A stretch of 64,000 nucleotides of DNA from positions 11,761 to 75,760 of IMG/VR virus record IMGVR_UViG_3300037493_002747; one strand, 5' to 3'. The position numbers were made by a program, and so were the translations under genes. The stretch comes from a virus. The notes beneath the pieces are model-generated. The model was not told the origin of the DNA and ran no database searches. It saw only the letters and a list, made by a program, of their open reading frames with translations. Below, in pieces: positions 7,381 to 17,888 of this stretch (position 1 is its first letter; each line of letters begins with the position of its first letter).

Positions 7381-9135
7381 GTGAATAAGGTAAAGAAGGT
7401 CGCAAGGAGTAGGGCTTCGGTAGCAAGTCTGCCGAGCAACGCAAAGGCCGCATCGGTAAACCGGGCGGGCGGAGTGGCATTCGAGGTAAATGATCCGGCA
7501 TTGAAGTTGATCACCATGACTGGTGGGTCTTTCTTCGCCGAGCCGAGGTTCTATAACGCAGAGGCATGTGTACCTAAGCGTGGGACTGGCGGTAAGTTCG
7601 AGAAGCTGGCAGCGAGGCTAGAGATCGTGGATGGCAAGCTGAAGGGCTTTGTCACCTGTGATGAGCTTCCTGAGACGGCTCGTGAGGTTATCGCAACGGC
7701 TATCGATGTCGCCAAGGGTAAGACCCCGGAGGACATGCTGGCAATCGCCAACTGGCTTCGTAATGAGATGAACATCCGGATGACCCCGCAGATTTTGCTG
7801 GTGTTGGCATCTCAGATGGATGGGACTAAGTCACTGGTTCGGAAGTATGCGACTCACATCGTGAAGCGTCCGGATGAGGTTAAGACCTGTCTGTTGACTC
7901 ATCGTTTTCTGTTCGGGCTGAAGAATCTCCCGAATGGCCTAGCGAGTGGATTGGCTGATGCTACGAGTAAGTTCGGTGAGCGTGGGTTGATGAAGTACGA
8001 CGACTCTGGCTTTCCGACTTGGAAGGACGTTCTTTGCTGGCTTCCGCGTAAGGCTGGATGGCCGCTGAGTGCTGAGGTCGCCAAGTATTTCATCACCGGC
8101 AAGATTGATGACCCGGCTAAGACTCCGATCATCGCGGCTCGTAAGGAGTTGGTGAAGAAGACTGTGTTCGATACCGAGGCTCGTGACCTGGCAAAGAAGT
8201 CCCAAGTCAACTGGGAGGTCTTGCTGTCTCAGTTCGGTAAGGAGAAGAACAAGGTGTGGTCGTTTCTGATCGACAACGGTCTGATTGGCTACATGGCTCT
8301 GCTCCGTAATCTGAAGAACATCTTGGAGGCGAAGGTTTCCAAGGGTGTCATTCAGAAGGTATCGGATAAGCTCTCGAACAAGGACGAGGTTGCCAAGTCA
8401 AAGCAGCTTCCGTTCAGGTTCCTGTCGGCAAAGACGGTATTGGATACTATGTCTAGTGGTTTCGATCTTGCGGACTACTCGGAGGTCGTGGCGGCTATTG
8501 AGTTGGCGGCAAATGAGGCATGTGCCAATATCCCGGTAATGTCGGGTGAGACCATGGTGTTTGCAGACAATTCTGGTTCGATGACGAGTGCAAAATTGTC
8601 GGAGAAGTCGGCACGGAACTGTCGTGATGCTGCAAATATGCTGTCTGGTATCGCCGCCAAGGTATGTGAGAGGCCGTACCTGTTCGCATTTGGATCGAGT
8701 CTTCAGGAGATTCGTTTTGCCAAGACGGATACCGTAATGGGTATCTGTGACAAGGTAAAGCGATCAGGGGACGGTGGTTCTACGAATGGTCACCTGTGCA
8801 TTGAGCATTTGATCAAGTCTGGGAAGACTCCGGCACGGGTTATCATCCTGACGGACTGTCAGATGTGGAATGATAACAGTAACGGTGGTGGTCAGCCGTT
8901 TGCGAATGCATGGGCGAAGTACCGGAAGTCAAGTAAGGCTGCGGCGGAGACTTGGCTTCATATCGTTCACCTTTCGGGATACGGGGATAGTCCAGTGGAT
9001 GTGGGAGAGAGGGTGAATCAGGTCTCTGGGTTCTCAGAGAAGGTATTCACATCGATCCTCACTGTCGAGGGAGTTATGGGATCTACTCCACTCCCTACGG
9101 TGGAGCAGGTAAGGAATGGGTGGACGGTGAAATAG
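7381..9135 (+). CDS. Ro60/Rsr-like RNA-binding protein (TROVE + vWA domains)
   Basis: NxAGG.AF, GYMALLRNL, KQLPFRFLSA, MIDAS DNSGSM and IILTD motifs; RBS AAGGAGGT at 7366-7373 before GTG. Confidence 0.9.
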   Translation: MNKVKKVARSRASVASLPSNAKAASVNRAGGVAFEVNDPALKLITMTGGSFFAEPRFYNAEACVPKRGTGGKFEKLAARLEIVDGKLKGFVTCDELPETAREVIATAIDVAKGKTPEDMLAIANWLRNEMNIRMTPQILLVLASQMDGTKSLVRKYATHIVKRPDEVKTCLLTHRFLFGLKNLPNGLASGLADATSKFGERGLMKYDDSGFPTWKDVLCWLPRKAGWPLSAEVAKYFITGKIDDPAKTPIIAARKELVKKTVFDTEARDLAKKSQVNWEVLLSQFGKEKNKVWSFLIDNGLIGYMALLRNLKNILEAKVSKGVIQKVSDKLSNKDEVAKSKQLPFRFLSAKTVLDTMSSGFDLADYSEVVAAIELAANEACANIPVMSGETMVFADNSGSMTSAKLSEKSARNCRDAANMLSGIAAKVCERPYLFAFGSSLQEIRFAKTDTVMGICDKVKRSGDGGSTNGHLCIEHLIKSGKTPARVIILTDCQMWNDNSNGGGQPFANAWAKYRKSSKAAAETWLHIVHLSGYGDSPVDVGERVNQVSGFSEKVFTSILTVEGVMGSTPLPTVEQVRNGWTVK

Positions 9136-9155
9136 TGGCCTAGAAAGGCTATTTG

Positions 9156-9193
9156 GAGGGGGTGGTGTCGAAAGGCATTGCCCCCTCTTTTTT
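9156..9193 (+). terminator. Rho-independent terminator
   Basis: GAGGGGGTGGTGTC-GAAA-GGCATTGCCCCCTC followed by T6. Confidence 0.85.
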
Positions 9194-9242
9194 GTTGTTG
9201 TAACAAATCTTTGATAAGCGGATAACAGGTATAGGTAGTGTA

Positions 9243-9256
9243 ATAATTGTTTGATA
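9243..9256 (+). promoter_or_regulatory. putative phage late-promoter motif (ATAATTGTTTGATA); a second variant lies at 9205-9216
   Basis: Variant of ATAATTCTTTGATA, found exactly at 13529, 18458 and 59891. Confidence 0.5.
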
Positions 9257-9305
9257 TTTGATACAAGGGTGTAGGGTAGTGAAAGACAATATGGAGGACA
9301 AAGTC

Positions 9306-9542
9306 ATGGGCTACAGGAAGAATCCGACGGATAAGAACCAGAATGAGATTGAGGGAGCAGCATTTGAGCAAGGCGTTCCGGTTTTTACAGATGATAAGAC
9401 TCGTGTTGTTGCCAAGGGGTTGCAGACGGCACCTCTGAGAACGGCGCATGGTTCTGCACAAGGTGGAGAGCGAAACAACGCTGGTGTTGTGATGCCGCCT
9501 AGTGACAAGCCTGGCAAGTTCGAGCAACCTGGGAAGGCGTAA
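9306..9542 (+). CDS. small protein, paralogue of 59961-60224
   Basis: GGAGG at 9293; MGYRKNPTDK...DKPGKFEQPGKA. Confidence 0.75.
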   Translation: MGYRKNPTDKNQNEIEGAAFEQGVPVFTDDKTRVVAKGLQTAPLRTAHGSAQGGERNNAGVVMPPSDKPGKFEQPGKA

Positions 9543-9549
9543 CCCAAAC

Positions 9550-9792
9550 ATGAAAAACGACATCAAAGTCGCAAAGGAACTTGTGGCAGTTGCTCGGGAA
9601 TTGTCAGCATTGGGGATTGACCCTGATATGATGGTAGACCAAGATGCTGTTGGCAAGTTGGCTGAAAAGCTTTTATCTCGTCTTGGACCTGCAAAGTCCA
9701 GACAGATAAGGACATACGGAGTAGAAATCCGTCCTACTGACACGGTTGAGCAATTGGCTCGTGCGTGGTCTACGGTTCTACTCGCGCAGTAA
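9550..9792 (+). CDS. hypothetical protein with N-terminal leader motif (VAKELVAVARELSA)
   Basis: 80-aa ORF. Confidence 0.7.
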   Translation: MKNDIKVAKELVAVARELSALGIDPDMMVDQDAVGKLAEKLLSRLGPAKSRQIRTYGVEIRPTDTVEQLARAWSTVLLAQ

Positions 9793-9800
9793 ATAGCCTA

Positions 9801-9890
9801 TGCCCAAAAGGCTGGCGTGGACGATGGGTGTCGGATCACGCTGGGGTTGCTCCGTTGAGTAACCCCCGAAGGGCAAAAAACGGAGGAAGT
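9801..9890 (+). promoter_or_regulatory. structured 5' leader able to occlude the RBS
   Basis: Three-way junction closed by TGCCC/GGGCA; CTCCGTT (9850-9856) is complementary to AACGGAG (9879-9885), which overlaps the SD. Confidence 0.45.
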
Positions 9891-9893
9891 GTT

Positions 9894-10313
9894 ATGTCTG
9901 CAAGTACAACAGCAAGCTGGTGGCAATATTCGGCATGGGTGAAGAACATCGCTCGTAACATGCGTATTACGCCTCCTACGGACAACAGTTTAGAGGCGCA
10001 AATCAAGACGTTTATCAAGTACTTCTGGAATCCTCAGACCCAGACCGGTACTCGTCCTTGGTTGGCTGAGAAGTTCATGCGTCTTTCTGTGACGGCAGCA
10101 GCTTCTAACTATCTTGGAGATATTGATCAGGAGCCCTTTGCGGTTCAGGACAAGATGTTGGAAGTAATTGGTCGTGATCTGAAGAAGATTCCAATCACGG
10201 ATGCCGAAAAAGCTCAAGCAGATGCATTGATTGCCTTGTGTGAGAATCGAAGATATGGTACAGGTCCTTACTTCGGTGGCGTGATTGGATCGACAGTTAC
10301 AATTCCATCATGA
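9894..10313 (+). CDS. hypothetical (possibly virion) protein
   Basis: Strong RBS GGAGG; 139 aa. Confidence 0.8.
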   Translation: MSASTTASWWQYSAWVKNIARNMRITPPTDNSLEAQIKTFIKYFWNPQTQTGTRPWLAEKFMRLSVTAAASNYLGDIDQEPFAVQDKMLEVIGRDLKKIPITDAEKAQADALIALCENRRYGTGPYFGGVIGSTVTIPS

Positions 10314-10483
10314 CGGCTAGAGACGACCAGAGAGAAGTCAACAATCTACCCAAGTTGCATGAGGAACAGCAACAGGGTAGAATGTTGGTGATTGATGAGG
10401 CAAAGGCTGCTAGGATAGCATCCAGAGTAGCAATTGCTTGGGAGAAGAATTTCAAGTCTAAAGTCCATAGACAATTGGACTAG
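10310..10483 (+). CDS. small protein (57 aa) missed by the ORF track
   Basis: ATGA overlap; MTARDDQ...ARIASRVAIAW..., which contains the leader-like motif. Confidence 0.5.
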   Translation: MTARDDQREVNNLPKLHEEQQQGRMLVIDEAKAARIASRVAIAWEKNFKSKVHRQLD

Positions 10484-10562
10484 ACACAGGTATTTCCGGG
10501 AGTACCGGGAAGCGGAGCTGGGGGTTCCAGTTCTGGTAGTATTAATAAGTATGGAGGTATAT

Positions 10563-11494
<932 letters not shown>

Positions 11495-11498
<4 letters not shown>

Positions 11499-11794
11499 TC
11501 TTCCCGTTTCAGTGTCAAAAATGTAGTAAGAGTTTTGATGAGGAGTTCCCGATAGGTAAAGCACCTCGCGTGACTCCTTGTCCTCATTGCAAGGGTAATG
11601 GCAAACGCATTTACGATGGAATGTGCGTTGCTGTTAAAATTGGAGGGGCATTTTGTCATTCGTCAACCTTTGGCGAACAGATGAAGGCCCGGAATATGCA
11701 GGCAGCGCAACGGATGAAGGGGCGTAAGGCCCCGGTACGACTAGCCGCAATGGATCATGGCGGTGGTGACGTACGTGAGGTGAAAGCAAAGTGA
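11495..11794 (+). CDS. FmdB-family zinc-ribbon protein
   Basis: F.CQKC...F.......CPHC pattern. Confidence 0.75.
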
Positions 11795-12546
11795 TGATAT
11801 GGACGGCAAGCAAAACCTTCTTTCGAGATTTGACAGGGCATCATTACGGGATGCTTGCCGTCCTGTCTTTACATAGCAAGGTGGGTAATTTCAGAAAGTG
11901 GAATTGCCGATGTGATTGTGGAACGGAATGCGTTAAGTATGGACATCAGATTCGGGCCGGACAAGTAGTATCCTGTGGTTGTGAACAGAAAAGAAAAGCG
12001 AAAGAGACCGGCAATAATAATGCGGTTGATTTAACAGGCAGGAGATTTGGAAGGCTTGTTGTTATTGGAAGGAGTGGGAGTAATAAGCATCAGAAGGCAA
12101 GATGGAAGTGTAAATGTGATTGTGGTAAGGAGAAGTTGCTTGTTGCTGGATCATTGATTTCTGGAAATTCAGAGTCTTGCGGTTGTATTCAGAAAGAGAC
12201 GATGCACGAGATTCGATGGAATCCAAATCTTTCACAGGAAGATCGAGAGACGAATCGAAATCGAGAGATTACCATCCCTGGACTCCATCTATGGCGTAAG
12301 GCGGTTTACGAACGGGACGGGTATCGGTGTGTCGTTTGTGGTGGAAGTAAGAGTGGTCGTTTTGTTGCTCATCACATTGCCTCTTGGGCTGCGAATAAAG
12401 ATGTGCGGTTAGATGTAGAGAATGGGGTTACATCATGTGTTGATTGTCACAAGGAATTCCATTCGAGATATGGTTGGGGCGGAAACACTCTCGGACAATG
12501 GTCCGAGTTTTTGACTATAAAAAGTCGGATCGGAATCGCAGTATGA
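11791..12546 (+). CDS. free-standing HNH homing endonuclease with duplicated DLTG..FG.L DNA-binding repeats
   Basis: Two DLTG...W.C.CDCG...SCGC units, then CVVC..HH....NGVTSCVDCH. Confidence 0.85.
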   Translation: MMIWTASKTFFRDLTGHHYGMLAVLSLHSKVGNFRKWNCRCDCGTECVKYGHQIRAGQVVSCGCEQKRKAKETGNNNAVDLTGRRFGRLVVIGRSGSNKHQKARWKCKCDCGKEKLLVAGSLISGNSESCGCIQKETMHEIRWNPNLSQEDRETNRNREITIPGLHLWRKAVYERDGYRCVVCGGSKSGRFVAHHIASWAANKDVRLDVENGVTSCVDCHKEFHSRYGWGGNTLGQWSEFLTIKSRIGIAV

Positions 12547-12815
12547 GTGATGTAAGTAGTTCTGAATCAAAGAGTAAACTCTATAGGACCTCGGACATTT
12601 ATTTTTCAGCCTTTCTGTGTTCTTTGGATTTTCCGCTTAAGACTACGGAGACTACAGGAACAGCGGATGGCGGGAAGAAGGTTGTTTTTGTATTTTCTGT
12701 TCCGGACGTTGATTTGGCGAAAGTCAAGGCACTGTACTTTGGTGGATCGGGGACAGTCAAAGCTCGTGTATTTGTAGATCATCTGCGAAGTTTCAAGCAA
12801 ATGTGCTTCACCTAG
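12543..12815 (+). CDS. small protein, DUF5659-like
   Basis: Y.TSDIY.SAFL...KVVFVF pattern. Confidence 0.55.
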   Translation: MSDVSSSESKSKLYRTSDIYFSAFLCSLDFPLKTTETTGTADGGKKVVFVFSVPDVDLAKVKALYFGGSGTVKARVFVDHLRSFKQMCFT

Positions 12816-12870
12816 AATATGTGCTTTACTTGACACCTGATTTGTGGTCTACTTCTTATGGAGGTAGATC

Positions 12871-13509
12871 ATGGATAAGATTTGTACAAGATGTGGTCAG
12901 GCCAAATCGGATGATTGTTTTGGGAGAGATAAGAATCGAAAAGATGGCTTGAATTCTTGGTGCCGTGAGTGTGTGAAGGAAACTTCTAAGGCTCATTATG
13001 CGGCGAATACTGAAAAACGTCGGGAAGCTAGTTTAGCCATCTATCATCGTAACGCTCAGGACGAAGGATTTCGGGACTCTAGGAATGCTCGTCAGCGGGT
13101 GTATTCAAAGGACTATATGCGGCGTCCTCGTACTCGCCAGTTGGCGAGGGGGTGGATGAAGCGGTACATGTCCAAGATCAAGAATAGAATATCCAAACAG
13201 TTGTCGTATCAGGTCTGGTACTCGTTGCGTTTGGTACTGGACAAGTCGAGGAGTAAGAACGGGAAGCATTGGCCCGAATTGGTAGGATGGACTGTCGAGC
13301 AGTTGATGACTCATTTGGAGTCGAAATTTCAGTCGGGGATGACCTGGGACAATTATGGTGAGTGGCACATAGATCATGTGACTCCGAGAAGTTGGTTTCC
13401 GATTAAGGTTGTCGGGGATGAGGCATTTCGGTCTTGTTGGAGGTTGGAAAATCTTCAACCTATGTGGGCAAGGGATAATTCGGCAAAGGGCAATAGGTTT
13501 TCTGGGTAG
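12871..13509 (+). CDS. HNH endonuclease with N-terminal zinc finger
   Basis: CTRC...CREC; WDNYGEWHIDH..P....NLQPMW..DN..K.N. Confidence 0.85.
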   Translation: MDKICTRCGQAKSDDCFGRDKNRKDGLNSWCRECVKETSKAHYAANTEKRREASLAIYHRNAQDEGFRDSRNARQRVYSKDYMRRPRTRQLARGWMKRYMSKIKNRISKQLSYQVWYSLRLVLDKSRSKNGKHWPELVGWTVEQLMTHLESKFQSGMTWDNYGEWHIDHVTPRSWFPIKVVGDEAFRSCWRLENLQPMWARDNSAKGNRFSG

Positions 13510-13528
13510 TGTTTCACCTGATTGTGTG

Positions 13529-13542
13529 ATAATTCTTTGATA
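13529..13542 (+). promoter_or_regulatory. putative late-promoter motif ATAATTCTTTGATA
   Basis: Exact 14-mer repeated before genes at 18458 and 59891. Confidence 0.6.
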
Positions 13543-13569
13543 CTCGGTCTACTTGTGAAGGAGTCGGGT

Positions 13570-13962
13570 ATGGACAGAAGAGACAGAATAGCGGGAATAG
13601 CCACGAAAGTGGTTTTTCGATTTATCGCAGCGGGGCAGCAAGAAGAGACAATCTTCGACGCTGCTTTTTCAGTTTTGAGGAAAAAGGCTCGGGAGTACAA
13701 GGACAGCCTGGAACAGTCAGCCCGAGATTCCTTACAGGGAAATTTGATAAAAGACCTTACTGGTAGAGGGTACGATGTAGTATCAGTCGAGATTAGCCTA
13801 GGAAAATACCGTGGATCACGGTTTGTTACCTCGGCGAAAGTGACAGTCAGGATGAAGGATGCTAAGGCTACGAAGAGCCTAGAGAAGGAACTACAACGGT
13901 ATCATACCCGGTACAATCTCAAGTCGTTTGAAGATGGAGTGGCGGTATACAACATTAGGTAG
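13570..13962 (+). CDS. hypothetical protein with N-terminal leader motif
   Basis: AAGGAG RBS; MDRRDRIAGIATKVV. Confidence 0.75.
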   Translation: MDRRDRIAGIATKVVFRFIAAGQQEETIFDAAFSVLRKKAREYKDSLEQSARDSLQGNLIKDLTGRGYDVVSVEISLGKYRGSRFVTSAKVTVRMKDAKATKSLEKELQRYHTRYNLKSFEDGVAVYNIR

Positions 13963-13973
13963 GGAGAAGCAAA

Positions 13974-14756
13974 ATGAATTGTGTTACAGCAGGTGTACAT
14001 GAGGACTATGAATGTCCAAACTGTGGGTGGAAAGGCAACAAGAGTTATATGGACTATGACGATAAAAAGCTTACGCTGAACTGCCCTCAGTGTGGGAAAA
14101 CAATTATCCGTCATTACCGTGAAGCAAAAATAGTGGATAGGGTAGTGGCATCAACGATGCACCTGGCATGGGGTGGAACTTCAATAAGACTGCCATTGGA
14201 TCGTAGTTTCTATCATCCCAAAGATATTGCGATTGAGACGATCACTCCCGAAGGTACTGATTTGGACATTAGGGCCTATCAGCAAAATGGGAGATGGATT
14301 GGAGTTGCCTTCGCAGGGAAGGCCAATCGTCCATTGTGGAATTACTCATTCCGTGATCGTTCCCAATTGGATCGAAAGGTCGCTGAGACAGTTGAAGACC
14401 GTAAAAAGAAAATGGAATACAAACAGAACCGGATGGAGGAAAAGCGGCAATTCACACACAGTCTGAAAGAGGGAGACATCCTGTATGCCAGTTGGGGATA
14501 TGATCAGACGAATGTTGATTTCTATCAGGTAACAGAAGTCGGGGCAAAGAGTGTGAAGATCAGGGAGATTGGACAGAAGGTGGTTGGTGGCTCGGTTGGC
14601 TCTGATTTGGTTGTTGCAGTACCGAATCATTTTACTGGTCCGGAACAGATGAAGATTGTGAGTACTGGCAACTCAGTGAGAATCAAATCCTACTCTAGCG
14701 CATATCGCTGGGATGGTAAGCCACAGCATCAAACAGCATCTGGATATGGGCATTGA
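13974..14756 (+). CDS. zinc-ribbon fusion protein with a conserved WGYDQTNVDFYQV domain
   Basis: CPNC..CPQC at the N-terminus; C-terminal DILYASWGYDQTNVDFYQV. Confidence 0.7.
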   Translation: MNCVTAGVHEDYECPNCGWKGNKSYMDYDDKKLTLNCPQCGKTIIRHYREAKIVDRVVASTMHLAWGGTSIRLPLDRSFYHPKDIAIETITPEGTDLDIRAYQQNGRWIGVAFAGKANRPLWNYSFRDRSQLDRKVAETVEDRKKKMEYKQNRMEEKRQFTHSLKEGDILYASWGYDQTNVDFYQVTEVGAKSVKIREIGQKVVGGSVGSDLVVAVPNHFTGPEQMKIVSTGNSVRIKSYSSAYRWDGKPQHQTASGYGH

Positions 14757-14767
14757 GGGGGTTCAAG

Positions 14768-15145
14768 ATGGACAGAATAACGCGAATAGCAAGTAAGATG
14801 GTCGCAGGCACTTCTCTGGATGGAATGAGTAACCAGCGGGCAAAGAGAAGGATCAATGAGGTTCTAAAGAGACACACGAAGGGATTCTTCTCGGATGAGT
14901 ATTGGGCTCCGGTGAATGAGACATGGAAGGCTTTGACGGATGAGGGCATAGATTGGACTCTTGAAGGAACCAAATACGACCATGATAGGGATAACGTGCC
15001 TACCAGTAAGACATGGACGTTCAAAGTGGAATTCCTAAATGACCGTGGAAGGCCAACTACGGTATATGGGGTGATTGTGGCTTCAGGATGCGCCTCTGTG
15101 AAATCACCACTTGACAGATACGATTTAGTTGCTTATGTGAGTTGA
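14768..15145 (+). CDS. hypothetical protein with N-terminal leader motif (RIASKMVA)
   Basis: GAGGGGG RBS. Confidence 0.75.
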   Translation: MDRITRIASKMVAGTSLDGMSNQRAKRRINEVLKRHTKGFFSDEYWAPVNETWKALTDEGIDWTLEGTKYDHDRDNVPTSKTWTFKVEFLNDRGRPTTVYGVIVASGCASVKSPLDRYDLVAYVS

Positions 15146-15155
15146 GGAGTTGATT

Positions 15156-15953
15156 ATGAGCTTTTTCCCTGGAACTTTCATTCCTACAGGGCTAGGTACT
15201 ACACCAAGGTTCAGTCACCTTGTTGATGATTTGATGACGCCTCGTTTGATGTCTTTCAGGATGATTCATATAGCAGATGAGCCTTGTGAGTTGAAGCCAG
15301 ACAGGGTTACATGGAAGACTACATTCGGCAATTGGCTCCAAGGAGAGAACATCGTCCTTCGCAAGGGCGGAATGATGTTGGATATGAGCACTGAGGTAAC
15401 TGACATTAGTTACACTTACGGGACATTCAAGGCAGGCATTCCGGATTTGGATGGTCAGAGGGTATCGAGAGATACCCTAGAAGCGACGTATGTGTTTGAT
15501 TATTTCCCAGAAGTGGTTTTGGAGGGTTTCATTACGGCTGCGGTGAGTATAATCAATACGACTGCGGTAGGTCCTCCGACAAGTTACACGGTTGATTCAT
15601 CCCCAACAAACTGGGAAGGCGTCATTGTAGATGTGGCATATGCTATGTGTATGGAGAAACTTCTTTTGGATTATGATCTATGGCGGTACCGTTTGGTATT
15701 TGCTATTGGTCCGAATGAGATGGAGGGTGGTGGTGGAGATATTGCCAGTCAGCTCACTACGCTCAAACAGAATGCGGAACAGCGGGCGGAGAAGGCCATG
15801 GACAACCCGAAGTTCAAGACTGGTAACTACTTATCACCTCCGACGGGTATTTACTTCAGTTCAATACGGGGATTTGGTAGTTCGATGGGAGGGCATGGAG
15901 TGCCATTCGTGACAGGAAGGCTTCGCGGATGGAAACCTAACAAGTGGATTTAG
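15156..15953 (+). CDS. putative head-tail adaptor/neck protein
   Basis: Position in the morphogenesis block; helical C-terminal half typical of adaptors. Confidence 0.5.
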   Translation: MSFFPGTFIPTGLGTTPRFSHLVDDLMTPRLMSFRMIHIADEPCELKPDRVTWKTTFGNWLQGENIVLRKGGMMLDMSTEVTDISYTYGTFKAGIPDLDGQRVSRDTLEATYVFDYFPEVVLEGFITAAVSIINTTAVGPPTSYTVDSSPTNWEGVIVDVAYAMCMEKLLLDYDLWRYRLVFAIGPNEMEGGGGDIASQLTTLKQNAEQRAEKAMDNPKFKTGNYLSPPTGIYFSSIRGFGSSMGGHGVPFVTGRLRGWKPNKWI

Positions 15954-15968
15954 TCTGTGAGGTAAGTT

Positions 15969-16343
15969 ATGGCTAATGAGATACAATACAGTTTCAACAT
16001 TGGACTGACTAATGGCTTGCTTTCAGACAAGTACAATACTGCTTCAAAGGCAAACCAGAGCAATGCCAATATGGTTAGGAATACTCAGACTCTCCTATCT
16101 GCTTCGGCTCAAGGAGATCAATTGGATGTTGGAGGTGTGCTTGTTCCTGGGCTTGCAGTTTTCACTAATCTTGATTCGACGAATTTTGCAGAGATTGGGA
16201 TAATAGTTTCAGGGACTTTTTATCCATTTTTGAAGTTGTTGAGTGGTCAGAGTAGTGGACCATTATTCCTTGGTGCAACGGCAATTTATGGACGGGCTAA
16301 CACTGGTAATGTCAAGTTGTTCTACATCATTTACGATACGTGA
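15969..16343 (+). CDS. putative structural beta-rich protein
   Basis: GAGG RBS; NLD.TNF.EIG pattern. Confidence 0.55.
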   Translation: MANEIQYSFNIGLTNGLLSDKYNTASKANQSNANMVRNTQTLLSASAQGDQLDVGGVLVPGLAVFTNLDSTNFAEIGIIVSGTFYPFLKLLSGQSSGPLFLGATAIYGRANTGNVKLFYIIYDT

Positions 16344-16346
16344 CAT

Positions 16347-16643
16347 ATGGACTATTCACAAGAAATTGAAGAGATTGGCAGTTTGATTGTTTCGGCGGCA
16401 TTGATTCTTGAAATTCGCCGAGAGGTCGCCACAGTAATGCGCGAAGGTTTTGTAGTTTCTGATGGGAATCATCATCCTCTTGGAGAAGGTTATGATGTAG
16501 TGGTAAAGTGTGGTAATACAGATCGTCCAGATGTATATCGGCGACTTCGAGGGAATATACAGGATGTTCATGTTGAGAAGATAGCTGAAGGTGTATTGGG
16601 GATTCGTTCGGCTCGAAGGATGCGTGGAATGAAGGGGATTTGA
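16347..16643 (+). CDS. hypothetical protein
   Basis: 98-aa ORF in a tight operon. Confidence 0.65.
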   Translation: MDYSQEIEEIGSLIVSAALILEIRREVATVMREGFVVSDGNHHPLGEGYDVVVKCGNTDRPDVYRRLRGNIQDVHVEKIAEGVLGIRSARRMRGMKGI

Positions 16644-16644
16644 A

Positions 16645-17424
16645 ATGAGTGATATTAGCCCTAGCACTGGAGAGCAGTTTTACAGTGGGTCATGGCAGGA
16701 CATTCAAGATGTATTGAGGGTTCTGAACATTGGTGAAGGCAAGATGTCTCAGGTCACTCAGCCGATGGTGAATCGGTATCAGGAGATGGTTGACCGGGAT
16801 ATTGATGCTCTTCTTAATGATACGTACCATACCCCGATTCGTTCGTTCAACATGGTGCAACCGACGATCAGTAGTACACCTGCTGTACCGGGCGGTTCGG
16901 TGAGTGGAGTGATTGCAATAACATCTGGAGTCAATTCTATTACTGTATCTGGGGCGGGGTGGGTCTTTACCCCTACAACGGTTGTAGTTACGGTTACCAT
17001 GCCTGCTGGCGGGGATCATATTTTTGCCACGGTGGATGAGAGTACGATTACAATGAATGGGTTTACGGCGCATTTGTCTGCTCCTACACCGGCATCTGGA
17101 TATTCTTTGTCTTACATTGTTACGGCTGAAGCTATTCCTGGGTCATCTGTTCCAAGTACGGGAACACAGGTTCGGGTATTTCCGGGAGATGTTCGTAGGG
17201 CAGCTCGGTATTGGACGGCTGGACAGCTCTTAGTTAATGAGTTTCAACAGCTTGAATCCAATCTTACGGAACAGGCGACTCAGATGGTATCGGATGCTAG
17301 GATGCAGGTATATGCGTTTAGTCGTCCGAATCACAGGATTCCGGGACAAAGGAGAAAGAGTAATATATCACATTTTCTTCCGGCATCGTTGCAGCCATCA
17401 GCTTTTCCAGAGAGACCATCGTGA
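16645..17424 (+). CDS. putative head-tail connector (Mu gp36-like helical fold) with an inserted beta domain
   Basis: EMVDRDIDALL..Y.TP and P.DVRRAARYWTAG.LL flank a ~100-aa T/S/V-rich insert. Confidence 0.5.
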   Translation: MSDISPSTGEQFYSGSWQDIQDVLRVLNIGEGKMSQVTQPMVNRYQEMVDRDIDALLNDTYHTPIRSFNMVQPTISSTPAVPGGSVSGVIAITSGVNSITVSGAGWVFTPTTVVVTVTMPAGGDHIFATVDESTITMNGFTAHLSAPTPASGYSLSYIVTAEAIPGSSVPSTGTQVRVFPGDVRRAARYWTAGQLLVNEFQQLESNLTEQATQMVSDARMQVYAFSRPNHRIPGQRRKSNISHFLPASLQPSAFPERPS

Positions 17425-17434
17425 GGATTAACAT

Positions 17435-17764
17435 ATGAATAGGATAGCCAGAGATATCCTTCAGGTTGCATCGGAACTTTTACCAAGGCTCAAGGTAACG
17501 TTCACTCGTACACCGAAGATTGAGGAACGAGATTTGACTTCTATTCATATCGACATTCAGAGATTCGTGACAACGCTGAGGAAGAATGAGGATTTGGAAT
17601 GTCTTGTGTCGCGGAGGGATGATGACAAGGTTATGGAGATCACCATTGGTTTTACGGATCATGAGGAGATGAAGGGCATCGTAGACAGTATGGAAGAAAT
17701 GATCAAAAAACTTGGCAAGAAATCCAAAATAGATGTGAATATCGAACGGTCTTGCAAAAAGTGA
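17435..17764 (+). CDS. hypothetical protein with N-terminal leader motif (RIARDILQVASELL)
   Basis: GAGGA RBS; 109 aa. Confidence 0.75.
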   Translation: MNRIARDILQVASELLPRLKVTFTRTPKIEERDLTSIHIDIQRFVTTLRKNEDLECLVSRRDDDKVMEITIGFTDHEEMKGIVDSMEEMIKKLGKKSKIDVNIERSCKK

Positions 17765-17888
17765 AGAAAAATCTGTAGAAAATGTACACTAGTTTGTATA
17801 TCAATCACTATTGTCTGTGGTTTATGGATTAGGGGAATTCGACAATGGAGCAATGGGAACAATATAAGACAGAGATGAGAGGTGTTTT

